NCBI GenBank assembly: GCA_947453525.1
Contig: CANGHD010000002.1
Location: 1,447 to 65,446, forward strand
DNA length: 64,000 nucleotides
Reading direction: 5' to 3'
Source of the DNA: Paracoccaceae bacterium
GTDB lineage: Bacteria > Pseudomonadota > Alphaproteobacteria > Rhodobacterales > Rhodobacteraceae
Positions 38,158 through 47,862 of the stretch are shown here, in pieces. Below the pieces are notes generated by a model that was not told the origin of the DNA, did no database searches, and saw only the letters and a list, made by a program, of their open reading frames with translations. How positions within the stretch are numbered: the stretch's first letter is position 1; each line of letters starts with the position of its first letter. The position numbers and the translations under genes were made by a program.

Positions 38158-38661
38158 ATGAGCACCAGTTCGCAGAAGTTCATCGCGCGGAACCGGGCGC
38201 CCCGGGTCCAGATCGAATATGATGTCGAGCTTTACGGCGCCGAGAAGAAGGTGCAGTTGCCCTTCGTGATGGGCGTCATGTCCGATCTGTCCGGCAAATC
38301 CGAAGAGCCGCTGCCGGCCGTGGCGGACCGCAAGTTCCTTGAAATCGATGTGGACAACTTCGACGACCGGATGAAGTCGATGAAGCCGCGTGCGGCATTT
38401 TCGGTGCCCAACACATTGACCGGCCAAGGCAATCTTGCTGTCGACATCACCTTCGAATCGATGGACGATTTCAGCCCCGCCGCAATCGCCAAAAAGGTCG
38501 AGCCGCTGCGCAAGTTGTTGGAAGCGCGCACGCAATTGTCCAACCTGATGACCTATATGGACGGCAAGACCGGGGCCGAAGAGCTGATCGGTCAGGTCAT
38601 GAAGGATCCGGCGCTGCTGAAATCACTGGCAGCCGCCCCCAAAGGCGAAGCGGAGGAGTAA
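38158..38661 (+). CDS. tssB: T6SS sheath small subunit
   Basis: RNRAPRVQIEYDVE, LPFVMGVMSDLSG, FESMDDFSP. Confidence 0.97.
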   Translation: MSTSSQKFIARNRAPRVQIEYDVELYGAEKKVQLPFVMGVMSDLSGKSEEPLPAVADRKFLEIDVDNFDDRMKSMKPRAAFSVPNTLTGQGNLAVDITFESMDDFSPAAIAKKVEPLRKLLEARTQLSNLMTYMDGKTGAEELIGQVMKDPALLKSLAAAPKGEAEE

Positions 38662-38664
38662 CAG

Positions 38665-40158
38665 ATGGCTGAGGCTTCCCAATCCGGCGCACAGGCCGGC
38701 GTACAGACGACCGAACTTTCCGATTTCTCCTCGCTCCTGAACAAGGAGTTCCGGCCGAAATCGGACGCTGCGAAATCTGCCGTTGAATCAGCGGTCAAGA
38801 CGCTGGCCGAACAGGCGCTGGCCAACACAGCGCTGATTTCCGACGACGCCTTGAAGTCGATCCAGGGCATGATCGCCGAGATCGACAAGAAGCTGACCGA
38901 GCAGGTCAACCAGGTGCTGCACCACCCCGATTTTCAGGCGCTGGAAAGCGCATGGCGCGGGTTGCACTATCTGGTCAACAACACCGAGACCGACGAGAAT
39001 CTGAAGATCCGCGTCATGAACATCTCCAAGAAGGACATGTCCAAGACGCTGCGCAAGTTCAAGGGTACGGCTTGGGACCAGTCGCCGATCTTCAAGAAGC
39101 TGTACGAAGAGGAATTCGGCCAACTGGGTGGTCAACCCTATGGCACCCTGATCGCTGACTATTACTTCGACCACTCGCCCCCGGACGTCGAATTGTTGGG
39201 CGAGATGGCCAAGATCGCCGCCGCAGCCCATGCGCCCTTGATCACCGGGGCGCAGCCGACGCTGTTCCAGATGGATTCGTGGACGGAACTTGCCAACCCG
39301 CGCGACCTGACCAAGATTTTCCAGACGCCGGAATACGCCGCCTGGACCTCGCTGCGTGAGTCCGAGGACTCCAAATACATAGGTCTGGCAATGCCGCGCT
39401 TCCTTGGCCGTCTGCCCTATGGCTCGAAGACCGACCCGGTGGAGGCTTTCGCTTTCGAGGAAGAGGTCGATGGGTCTGATCACAATGCCTATGGTTGGGT
39501 GAATGCGGCTTACGGCATGGCGGTGAACATCAACCGCAGCTTCAAGGAATACGGCTGGTGCAGCCGGATCCGCGGCGTGGAATCGGGTGGCGCGGTGCAG
39601 AACCTGCCATCGCACACCTTCCCGTCCGATGACGGCGGCATCGACCAGAAATGTCCGACCGAAATCGCGATTTCCGACCGGCGCGAGGCGGAACTGGCCA
39701 AGAACGGCATGATGCCGCTGATCCACCGCAAGAACACCGACGTGGCGGCCTTCATCGGCGCGCAATCGTTGCACAAACCGGCCGAATACGACGACCCGGA
39801 TGCCACGTCCAACGCCAACCTCGCCGCCCGTCTGCCCTATCTTTTCGCCACCTGCCGCTTCGCCCACTACCTGAAGTGCATGGTACGCGACAAGGTTGGC
39901 TCGTTCAAAAGCCGGACCGCCATGCAGTCCTGGCTGCAGGACTGGATCAACAACTACGTTGATTTCAATGCCGAAATCTCCAGCGAAGGCGAGAAGGCCC
40001 GCAAGCCTCTGGCCGCTGCAGAGGTGGTCGTCGAAGAAGTCGAAGGCAACCCGGGCTACTACTCGTCCAAATTCTTCCTGCGCCCGCACTACCAGCTGGA
40101 AGGCCTGTCGATTTCGCTGCGCCTTGTCTCCAAACTGCCGTCCGAGAAGGGCGGCTGA
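38665..40158 (+). CDS. tssC: T6SS sheath large subunit
   Basis: HHPDFQALESAWRGL, AHAP, PRFLGRLPYG, RFAHYLK, LRPHYQLE. Confidence 0.97.
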   Translation: MAEASQSGAQAGVQTTELSDFSSLLNKEFRPKSDAAKSAVESAVKTLAEQALANTALISDDALKSIQGMIAEIDKKLTEQVNQVLHHPDFQALESAWRGLHYLVNNTETDENLKIRVMNISKKDMSKTLRKFKGTAWDQSPIFKKLYEEEFGQLGGQPYGTLIADYYFDHSPPDVELLGEMAKIAAAAHAPLITGAQPTLFQMDSWTELANPRDLTKIFQTPEYAAWTSLRESEDSKYIGLAMPRFLGRLPYGSKTDPVEAFAFEEEVDGSDHNAYGWVNAAYGMAVNINRSFKEYGWCSRIRGVESGGAVQNLPSHTFPSDDGGIDQKCPTEIAISDRREAELAKNGMMPLIHRKNTDVAAFIGAQSLHKPAEYDDPDATSNANLAARLPYLFATCRFAHYLKCMVRDKVGSFKSRTAMQSWLQDWINNYVDFNAEISSEGEKARKPLAAAEVVVEEVEGNPGYYSSKFFLRPHYQLEGLSISLRLVSKLPSEKGG

Positions 40159-40228
40159 TCCCGCGCTTGCGCAAGCGTGCGAGAATTCAACCCTGCCTTA
40201 TGGCACCAAACTAGGAAGGACCTGAAAA

Positions 40229-40738
40229 ATGGCTGCAACATTATTCGTCAAGATCGACCCGCTCAAGGATTTCACCGGCGATGCTGTTGAAAAGAACCAC
40301 AAGGACTGGATCGTCGTGGAATCGGTCGAATTCGGTCTGGAACGCCACCAGTCCGACGCGGAAGGCGGTGCGGTAACCCGCGGTTTCGGTAAGGCCGTGT
40401 TCAACGACGTGTCCTTCTCGTCGGAACTGGGTCGCCACTCGATGAAGCTGATGTTCCAGGTGGCCGGCGGCAAGCGCCTGCCGGAAATTACCATTCACCA
40501 GTGCAAGGCCAACGAAGACGACAACACCGCGCTGGAGCCCTATGTGATCTGGTCTCTGAAAGACAGCCAGGTCGGCACCTATTCGATCACCTCGGGTTCG
40601 GAAGAAATCCCGAAGGAAAGCTGGACCGTGCGTGCGGCCGAAATCCAGATCGACTACCTCTATCCGGAAGGCGGCAAGGGCAAGCTGAAGAAGTACGCCG
40701 AGTTCAAGTGGAACATCGGCATGGGCTCAATGTCCTGA
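40229..40738 (+). CDS. hcp: T6SS tube protein Hcp (divergent)
   Basis: G.A..KNHKDWI.V.S..FG, KESW....I.I.Y, final WN; lies directly after tssC. Confidence 0.88.
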   Translation: MAATLFVKIDPLKDFTGDAVEKNHKDWIVVESVEFGLERHQSDAEGGAVTRGFGKAVFNDVSFSSELGRHSMKLMFQVAGGKRLPEITIHQCKANEDDNTALEPYVIWSLKDSQVGTYSITSGSEEIPKESWTVRAAEIQIDYLYPEGGKGKLKKYAEFKWNIGMGSMS

Positions 40739-40751
40739 TCCTGCTGATCTT

Positions 40752-40797
40752 CGCTTCGGCACCGGGATCTGTCCCGATGCCGAAGCGGCCCCTTTTG
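40752..40797 (+). terminator. Long hairpin after hcp
   Basis: CGCTTCGGCA-CCGGGA-TCTG-TCCCGA-TGCCGAAGCG followed by GCCCCTTTTG. Confidence 0.6.
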
Positions 40798-40816
40798 TTG
40801 CTGGAGCACCTGCGCG

Positions 40817-41632
40817 ATGACGCCCGAAGACCATTTGAAAGCCGGCGATCCGGCGGGCGCCCTTGAAGCGCTGTCGGTTTTGGTCAAGGCCAAGCCAGGC
40901 GACGCCAAGCTGCGGATTTTCCTGTTTCAATTGCTGTGCGTTCTGGGCCAATGGGATCGCGCGATCCGCCAGTTGAAGGTTTGCGGCGAGTTGTCGCCAG
41001 CCGCCTTGCAGATGGCGCAGGCCTACCGCGAGGCGATTATCTGCGAGGTGTACCGCGAAAAGGTTTTCGCAGGCACCAAAGCGCCTTTGGTCTTTGGCGA
41101 GCCGCAGGAATGGCTGGCCTGGCTGATGGAGGCGCAAAAGCTGCTGGCCGCCGGTCAGCCGCAGGCCGCTGCCGAATTGCGCGCCAAGGCCTTCGAGGCC
41201 GCCCCCGCCACGGCGGGCGACATTGACGGCCAGCGCTTCGACTGGATCGCTGATGCCGACATGCGCTTTGGCCCGGTGCTGGAGGCCATCGTGAACGGCC
41301 GCTATTTCTGGCTGCCCTTCGCCCAGATCCGCTCCATCACCTTCGACCCGCCGACCGACCTGCGTGATGCGGTCTGGACGGCGGCCAATCTGACCCTGGC
41401 CAACGAGGGGCAGGTCGTCGCTTTCATTCCCACACGCTATCCCTTCTCGGGGCAGAAGGGCGATGCGGCCGAAAAGCTGAGCCGGGCCACAAGCTGGACC
41501 GATGCCGGGGCCGAGACCTTCACCGGCTTGGGTCAGCGCCTGTTGTCGACCGATCAGGGCGATGTGGCGCTGCTTGATGCACGGTTGATCAAGTTCGACA
41601 GTCCAGCGCCCGCCGCGCCTGTTTCGGAATAG
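40817..41632 (+). CDS. tagJ: T6SS accessory TagJ/ImpE
   Basis: LFQLLCVLGQWDRA, FDWIADADMRFGPVLE, IPTRYP, GLGQR. Confidence 0.93.
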   Translation: MTPEDHLKAGDPAGALEALSVLVKAKPGDAKLRIFLFQLLCVLGQWDRAIRQLKVCGELSPAALQMAQAYREAIICEVYREKVFAGTKAPLVFGEPQEWLAWLMEAQKLLAAGQPQAAAELRAKAFEAAPATAGDIDGQRFDWIADADMRFGPVLEAIVNGRYFWLPFAQIRSITFDPPTDLRDAVWTAANLTLANEGQVVAFIPTRYPFSGQKGDAAEKLSRATSWTDAGAETFTGLGQRLLSTDQGDVALLDARLIKFDSPAPAAPVSE

Positions 41633-41639
41633 GTGCGCC

Positions 41640-42137
41640 ATGGCGGACAAGATGATGTCCGAGCGGCTGCAACCCTCGCTTCTGGACCGGCTGACCGATG
41701 ACGACCCGACCAACCCGACCGAAAGCCGTGATGCGCGGGTGATCGACATCCGCCGCCTGCGCGACATCGTGCAGCGCGATCTGTCATGGCTGCTCAACAC
41801 CAACAACGGCGAGACTTGGCTGGACGCGACGCGTTATCCCTTGGCCGCGAAATCCGTCATCAACTTCGGGGTGCGCGAAGTGGCCGGGGATTTCTCGACC
41901 CAAGACCGCGTGGCGCTGATCCGCAAATCCATCGCCTCGGCCATCGACAATTTCGAAAGCCGCATCCGCAAGGGGTCGGCCCATGTCGAAATCCGCACCG
42001 ACAATGTCTCGCGCCAGACGATCATCAATTTCAACATCCGGGCGGATATGTGGGCCGAACCGATCCCGATCGAGCTTTACCTGCGCACCTCGGTGGATGT
42101 GACGACGGGTGAGGTTTCGGTGGAACGGAGCGGCTGA
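41640..42137 (+). CDS. tssE: T6SS baseplate TssE (gp25-like)
   Basis: LQPSLLDRLTDD, RDLSWLLNT, SVINFG. Confidence 0.95.
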   Translation: MADKMMSERLQPSLLDRLTDDDPTNPTESRDARVIDIRRLRDIVQRDLSWLLNTNNGETWLDATRYPLAAKSVINFGVREVAGDFSTQDRVALIRKSIASAIDNFESRIRKGSAHVEIRTDNVSRQTIINFNIRADMWAEPIPIELYLRTSVDVTTGEVSVERSG

Positions 42138-44017
42138 TGGACACACGGCTGCTGGCGCATTACGAAAGCGAACTGGCCTTCCTGCGCGACATGGGGGCCG
42201 AGTTTGCCCAAGCCTATCCCAAGATCGCCGCGCGGCTGGGGATGGAGGGGATGGAGGTGCTGGACCCTTATGTCGAGCGCCTGCTGGAGGGGACGGCCTT
42301 CCTGTCGGCCCGGGTCCAGCTTGCCTTGGACATGCAGTTTCCGGCCTTCACCTCGAACCTCTTGGAAATCGTCTTCCCGCATTTTCTGGCGCCGACGCCC
42401 TCGATGATGATCGTGGGGCTGGAGCCCGATCTGACCAATGCCGGGGTCAAGGAAGGTTACCTTCTGGCCCGTGGCGCGCGGCTGCGGTCGCGTCAGATTG
42501 ACGGCGAACAGACGGCCTGCATCTTCCGGACGGCGGCGGATGTGACGCTGTGGCCGGTGGAAGTGTCGGAGGTGGAGTATATCGACAGCCGGGGCGGCTT
42601 GGTCGCCGCAGGGGTCAGCCGGGATACGCCGGCGCGGGCGGGCATCCGGCTGCGGTTACGCCGGCTGGATGGTGGCAAGATCAGCGAATTGCCGATGAAC
42701 GCGCTGACCCTGCACCTGACCGGCCAAGCCGCAGAGCCTTGGACCCTGCACGAGGCGTTGTGCACGCGGGTGACCGGCATGGTCGGCCGCTCCACCGACC
42801 GGCGGGCGGATTGGACGCAAAGTCTGCCCGGTGCGAAAAGCCTACCGAAAGGCTTTGCCCGCGAAGAGGCCCTGCTTCCCACCCCGCGCCGGTCGTTCGA
42901 CGGCTACCGCCTGTTGCAGGAATATTTCGCCATGCCCGAACGTTTCCACTTCGTGGAACTGTCGGGCATGCGCCCGGCGCTGGCCCGTGCCGAAGGGGCG
43001 GATGTCGACATCTATCTGCTTCTGGGCGAGACCTTGCCCGACAATGGTGCCTGCGTGCGCAAGGAAACCTTTGTGATCAACGCCGTTCCCGCGATCAACC
43101 TGTTCGAGCGCGCCTTCGACCGCATCCACCTGACCAACGCCGATACCGAACAGTACATAACGCCAAACCGCACCGCGCCGTTGGATTACGAGGTCTTCTC
43201 GATCTCGCGCGTCACCGGCAATTCGTCCAAGACCGGCGAGGAGACCGAGTTCCGGCCGTTCTACTCGGCGTCCGACATCACCTCGGCCGGGGAAAGCCAT
43301 CCGGCCTATTACACGATCCACCGCCGGATGCGGCAGCGGAACGAGAAGGAACGGCTGCGCGGGGTCAGGACCTCTTATTTGGGCTCCGAGGTTTATCTAA
43401 GCCTTGTTGATAGTAAGCAGGCGCCCTATGCGGCGGATCTGAACCAGTTGACGGTGAGCGGGCTATGCACAAACCGCGATCTGCCCCTGCTGTTGTCCAC
43501 GGCTGGCAAGGATGCGTTCCACTTGCCGGACGGCGGCCCGATCCTGTCGGTGACCTGCATCGTCTCGCCGACCCGTCCGCGCCCGACCATCGCGCAGGGG
43601 GAGACCGCGTGGCGGCTGATCAGCCATCTGTCTCTGAACTACCTGTCGATCACCGACCGTGAGGGGAGCCAAGGCGGGGCGGAGGCGCTGCGCGAGTTGA
43701 TCGGGCTTTATGCGCCCAGCGGTGACCGGGTGATTTCCAAGCAGCTGGAAGGTGTCAGGGGCGTGTCGACCCGGCCCATCGTGCGGCGCATCACGGATGA
43801 GGTTTTGTCCACCGCCGTCAGAGGGTTGGAGATCAAGATCGACTTCGATGAAAGCTTCTTCGATGGCTCTGGCGTCTTCGTGCTGGCCTCGGTGCTGGAG
43901 CGGTTCTTCCGCAAATACGTGACGATCAACTCGTTTACCGAGACTGTGCTGACCACCCAACAACGCGGAGAGATCACCCGATGGCGACCGGAAAGCGGGC
44001 TCGGCCGGATGATCTGA
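42137..44017 (+). CDS. tssF: T6SS baseplate TssF
   Basis: YESELAFLR..GAEFA..YPKIAARL, DPYVERLLEG, GYRLLQEYF, WRLISHLSLNYLS, INSF. Confidence 0.96.
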   Translation: MDTRLLAHYESELAFLRDMGAEFAQAYPKIAARLGMEGMEVLDPYVERLLEGTAFLSARVQLALDMQFPAFTSNLLEIVFPHFLAPTPSMMIVGLEPDLTNAGVKEGYLLARGARLRSRQIDGEQTACIFRTAADVTLWPVEVSEVEYIDSRGGLVAAGVSRDTPARAGIRLRLRRLDGGKISELPMNALTLHLTGQAAEPWTLHEALCTRVTGMVGRSTDRRADWTQSLPGAKSLPKGFAREEALLPTPRRSFDGYRLLQEYFAMPERFHFVELSGMRPALARAEGADVDIYLLLGETLPDNGACVRKETFVINAVPAINLFERAFDRIHLTNADTEQYITPNRTAPLDYEVFSISRVTGNSSKTGEETEFRPFYSASDITSAGESHPAYYTIHRRMRQRNEKERLRGVRTSYLGSEVYLSLVDSKQAPYAADLNQLTVSGLCTNRDLPLLLSTAGKDAFHLPDGGPILSVTCIVSPTRPRPTIAQGETAWRLISHLSLNYLSITDREGSQGGAEALRELIGLYAPSGDRVISKQLEGVRGVSTRPIVRRITDEVLSTAVRGLEIKIDFDESFFDGSGVFVLASVLERFFRKYVTINSFTETVLTTQQRGEITRWRPESGLGRMI

Positions 44018-45045
44018 CGCATTACGCGCAGCTTCAGGCCGATCCGACCAAATACCACCTGTTTCAAGCGCTGCGCGTGATCGAGGCGCATCACATGAGC
44101 CTGCCGCGCTTGGGCACCTCACGCCGGGCGGCACAGGACCCGGTGCGGCTTGGGCAAGAGGCGGAACTGGCGTTTCCGACCTCGACCATCGCTGATTTCA
44201 AGGTGGAGGATGGCAAGGCCGTCCTGACCAACCGGGCCTTTGGCCTGTTCGGCCCGATGGGGCCGTTGCCCCTGCACCTGACCGAATATGCCCGCGAACG
44301 CCGCCGCAACCACCGCGACACGACGTTCATCGCCTTCGCCAACACCTTCACCCACCGTCTGATGAGCCTGTTTTACCGGGCTTGGGCGGCCGGCCAGCCT
44401 GCGGCTTCGTTCGACCGGCCCGAGCAGGATCCGTTCGAGCGCAAGGTGGCGGCGATTTCGGGCTATTACGGCAAGGGTCTGGCCAAGCGCGATCTGATGC
44501 CCGACATGGCCAAACGCTATTTCGCGGGTCAGTTGGCATCGGGCACAAAGACGGCAGAGGGGCTGGTCTCGCTTTTGCAAAGCTTCTTCGATGCCGAGGT
44601 GCATCTGCAGCAGTTCATCGGGACTTGGCTGGAGCTGGAACCCGACGACCGCTGGCAATTGGGCAGGCCTGCGCGTCTGGGCCAAAGCACCTCGATCGGG
44701 ACCCGCGTCTGGTCGCGGGCGTCCAAATTCCGCATTCTGGTGGGTCCCCTGTCCTTGGCTGAGTACCGCCGCTTCTTGCCCGGTCAGGGCGCTTTGGAGC
44801 GGCTGGAGGCGATTGTGCGTAACTTTGTCGGTGATGCGCTCGACTGGGATGTGAATGTGATCCTGCGGGCCAATGAAGTGCCGCGCATGGCTTTGGGCGG
44901 GGCCAATGCCGCCCTTGGGCAGACGACCTGGGTTGGCGTGCGCCGCGCCACCGGTCGGGATGCCAATGACCTTTACCTTTCCCCACCCCATGCGCTGCGC
45001 CGTCAGCGCCCCATTGCCCCCCAAAAGACTGGAGCCAAGAAATGA
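43981..45045 (+). CDS. tssG: T6SS baseplate TssG
   Basis: FQALRVIE, GLFGPMGPLPLHLTE, F.HRL.SLFYRAW, LGQTTW. Confidence 0.95.
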   Translation: MATGKRARPDDLTHYAQLQADPTKYHLFQALRVIEAHHMSLPRLGTSRRAAQDPVRLGQEAELAFPTSTIADFKVEDGKAVLTNRAFGLFGPMGPLPLHLTEYARERRRNHRDTTFIAFANTFTHRLMSLFYRAWAAGQPAASFDRPEQDPFERKVAAISGYYGKGLAKRDLMPDMAKRYFAGQLASGTKTAEGLVSLLQSFFDAEVHLQQFIGTWLELEPDDRWQLGRPARLGQSTSIGTRVWSRASKFRILVGPLSLAEYRRFLPGQGALERLEAIVRNFVGDALDWDVNVILRANEVPRMALGGANAALGQTTWVGVRRATGRDANDLYLSPPHALRRQRPIAPQKTGAKK

Positions 45046-47765
45046 GCGAAATCAGCCGCGTCGCCTTGTTCGGCAAGTTGAACCGACTGGCCTATCAGGC
45101 CGTCGAAGGGGCCACGGTCTTTTGCAAGCTGCGCGGCAATCCTTATGTCGAACTGGTGCACTGGCTGCATCAGATCCTGCAGAACCAGAACTCTGACCTG
45201 CATCGGCTGGCCGAATATTACAAACTGGACCCCGCCAAGCTGGTGGCCGACATGCAGCGCGCGCTGGACGCCTTGCCACGCGGGGCTTCGTCGATTCAGG
45301 ACCTGTCAGAACATCTTGAAGACGCGACGGAGCGCGGCTGGGTCTGGGGATCCTTGCTGTTTTCGGCGTCGCAGGTGCGGACCGGCTATCTGATCCTCGG
45401 CATTGTCAAGACGCCCGCCTTGCGCAACATCCTGTTCGCGATCTCGCCCGAGTTCAAGAAGATCAAGCCGGATGATCTGGCCGAGAACTTCGCCGCCGCC
45501 GTAAATGGCAGCCCCGAAGAAGGGCAGGGGGCGACGGACGGTAGTGCGGTGGGCTCTGGCGCGCCGGGTGAGGAGTCTGGCGCGGTGGCCCCTGCGGCGA
45601 TGGGCAAAGAGGAGGCGCTGAAGAAGTTCACCACCGACCTGACGCAACAGGCGCGCGACGGCAAGATGGACCCGATCGTCGGGCGCGATGAGGAAATCCG
45701 GCAGGTCGTCGATATCCTGATGCGGCGGCGGCAGAACAATCCGATCCTGACCGGAGAGGCCGGGGTGGGCAAGACCGCCGTAGTGGAAGGTTTCGCGCTG
45801 CGCATCGCGCGGGGTGACGTGCCGCCCGCGTTGAAAGATGCCCGGATTCTGGCGCTGGATGTGGGGCTGTTGCAGGCGGGCGCCTCGATGAAGGGCGAGT
45901 TCGAGAACCGCCTGAAGTCGGTGATTGAAGAGGTGCAAGCCTCCACCACGCCGATCATCATGTTCATTGACGAGACGCATACGCTGGTTGGAGCAGGGGG
46001 CGCGGCAGGCACGGGCGACGCGGCGAACCTGTTGAAACCGGCTTTGGCGCGGGGTACCCTGCGGACCATCGGCGCCACCACGTGGGCCGAGTACAAGAAG
46101 CATATCGAGAAAGACCCGGCGCTGACGCGCCGCTTCCAGACGGTTGTCGTCGAAGAACCCAGCCCGACCAAGGCCATCCTGATGATGCGCGGCATTGCGT
46201 CGATGCTGGAAAAACACCACCGCGTGCAGGTCTTGGATGAGGCGATTGCCGCCGCCGTCAACCTGTCGGCCCGCTATATCCCGGCCCGTCAATTGCCGGA
46301 CAAATCCGTATCCGTGCTCGACACCGCCTGTGCCCGTGTCGCTGTCAGCCAGCACGCCGTACCTGCCGAAGTGGACGACAGCCGCCGCCGGATCGAGGCT
46401 TTGGATACCGAGCTTGGCATCATCACCCGCGATGAAACCGCAGGCTATGACGTCACCGAACGCCGCGCTGCCATCACGGGCATCAAGGCTGAGGAGGAAA
46501 AGCGGCTGGAGGGCCTGACCGCCCGTTGGGATGCGGAAAAGGTGATCGTGGAAGCCATCCTCGACTTGCGCGCCAAGCTGCGCGAGGGCGGGGCTCCGGT
46601 GGACACCAAGCCTGCGGCGGCGACGGGGTCGGAGGCGGCTTTGCCGGAGGGGAACTCTCCGCTGACCGACGAACAGCGCGCCGCGCTGACGACGGAATTG
46701 CGGGCAAAGAATGCGGAACTGACCGAATTGCAGGGCGAGCACCCGCTGATCCTGCCAATTGTCGACGCCTTGGCCGTGGGCACGGTGGTGGGCGACTGGA
46801 CCGGCATTCCGGTCGGCCGGATGCTGAAGGACGAGTTGCAGACCGTGATCGATCTGGCCGAGCATCTTGGCAAGCGCGTCATCGGCCAGGACCACGCGAT
46901 GAAGATGATCGCGAAGCGCATCCAGACCTCTCGTGCTGGCTTGGACAATCCGTCCAAGCCGATTGGCGTCTTCATGCTGGCGGGCACTTCGGGCGTCGGC
47001 AAGACCGAAACCGCGCTGGCGCTGGCCGAGGTCATGTATGGCGGCGAGCAGAATGTCATCACCATTAACATGAGCGAATATCAGGAGGCGCATACCGTCT
47101 CGAGCCTGAAGGGCGCGCCTCCCGGCTATGTCGGCTATGGCGAGGGTGGCGTGCTGACCGAGGCGGTGCGGCGCAAGCCCTATTCGGTGGTTCTGCTCGA
47201 CGAGGTGGAAAAGGCCCACCCGGATGTGCATGAGATTTTCTTTCAGGTCTTCGACAAGGGCATCATGGAGGATGGCGAAGGCCGCTCCATCGACTTCCGC
47301 AACTGCATGATTTTGCTCACAACCAACGCGGGCACGGAAAAGATCATGGACCTTTGCGCCGACCCGGACCTGATGCCGGAACCGGACGCCATCGCCAAGG
47401 AACTGCGCGAGCCCTTGCTGAAGATCTTCCCACCGGCACTCCTGGGCCGTCTGGTGGTGATCCCCTATTATCCGCTTTCGCCCGAGATGATCGGCAAGAT
47501 CACCCGGCTGCAGCTCAACCGCATCAAGAAGCGGGTCGAGACGGCGCATGGCGTGCCGTTCGAATATAGCGATGCCGTGGTCGACCAGATCGTCGCGCGC
47601 TGCGCCGAGGTGGAAAGCGGCGGTCGCATGATCGACGCCATCGTGACCAATACAATGTTGCCCGACATCTCGGGCGAATTCCTGCGCCGGATGATCGCGG
47701 GCGGCGAGGTGAAGAAGGTGGCCATCGACGTGGCCGATGCCAACTTCACCTATAGTTTTGAATAA
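45042..47765 (+). CDS. tssH: T6SS AAA+ ATPase ClpV
   Basis: LFGKLN N-terminus, RRRQNNPILTGEAGVGKT, GTSGVGKTE, GAPPGYVGYGEGG. Confidence 0.97.
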   Translation: MSEISRVALFGKLNRLAYQAVEGATVFCKLRGNPYVELVHWLHQILQNQNSDLHRLAEYYKLDPAKLVADMQRALDALPRGASSIQDLSEHLEDATERGWVWGSLLFSASQVRTGYLILGIVKTPALRNILFAISPEFKKIKPDDLAENFAAAVNGSPEEGQGATDGSAVGSGAPGEESGAVAPAAMGKEEALKKFTTDLTQQARDGKMDPIVGRDEEIRQVVDILMRRRQNNPILTGEAGVGKTAVVEGFALRIARGDVPPALKDARILALDVGLLQAGASMKGEFENRLKSVIEEVQASTTPIIMFIDETHTLVGAGGAAGTGDAANLLKPALARGTLRTIGATTWAEYKKHIEKDPALTRRFQTVVVEEPSPTKAILMMRGIASMLEKHHRVQVLDEAIAAAVNLSARYIPARQLPDKSVSVLDTACARVAVSQHAVPAEVDDSRRRIEALDTELGIITRDETAGYDVTERRAAITGIKAEEEKRLEGLTARWDAEKVIVEAILDLRAKLREGGAPVDTKPAAATGSEAALPEGNSPLTDEQRAALTTELRAKNAELTELQGEHPLILPIVDALAVGTVVGDWTGIPVGRMLKDELQTVIDLAEHLGKRVIGQDHAMKMIAKRIQTSRAGLDNPSKPIGVFMLAGTSGVGKTETALALAEVMYGGEQNVITINMSEYQEAHTVSSLKGAPPGYVGYGEGGVLTEAVRRKPYSVVLLDEVEKAHPDVHEIFFQVFDKGIMEDGEGRSIDFRNCMILLTTNAGTEKIMDLCADPDLMPEPDAIAKELREPLLKIFPPALLGRLVVIPYYPLSPEMIGKITRLQLNRIKKRVETAHGVPFEYSDAVVDQIVARCAEVESGGRMIDAIVTNTMLPDISGEFLRRMIAGGEVKKVAIDVADANFTYSFE

Positions 47766-47862
47766 CACGCTTGGTGCGGCGGATTCCCCGGTCCGCCGCG
47801 CCTCGCGCAACCCCGAAGATTGCCGAATTGAACCCACAAGCCTGCACTGATGGAGCCTGAAG

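Noticed and set aside
40201-40215. Sigma-54 promoter before hcp
   Set aside because: TGGCAC is present but the -12 element reads TAGG rather than TTGC, and it overlaps the RBS.
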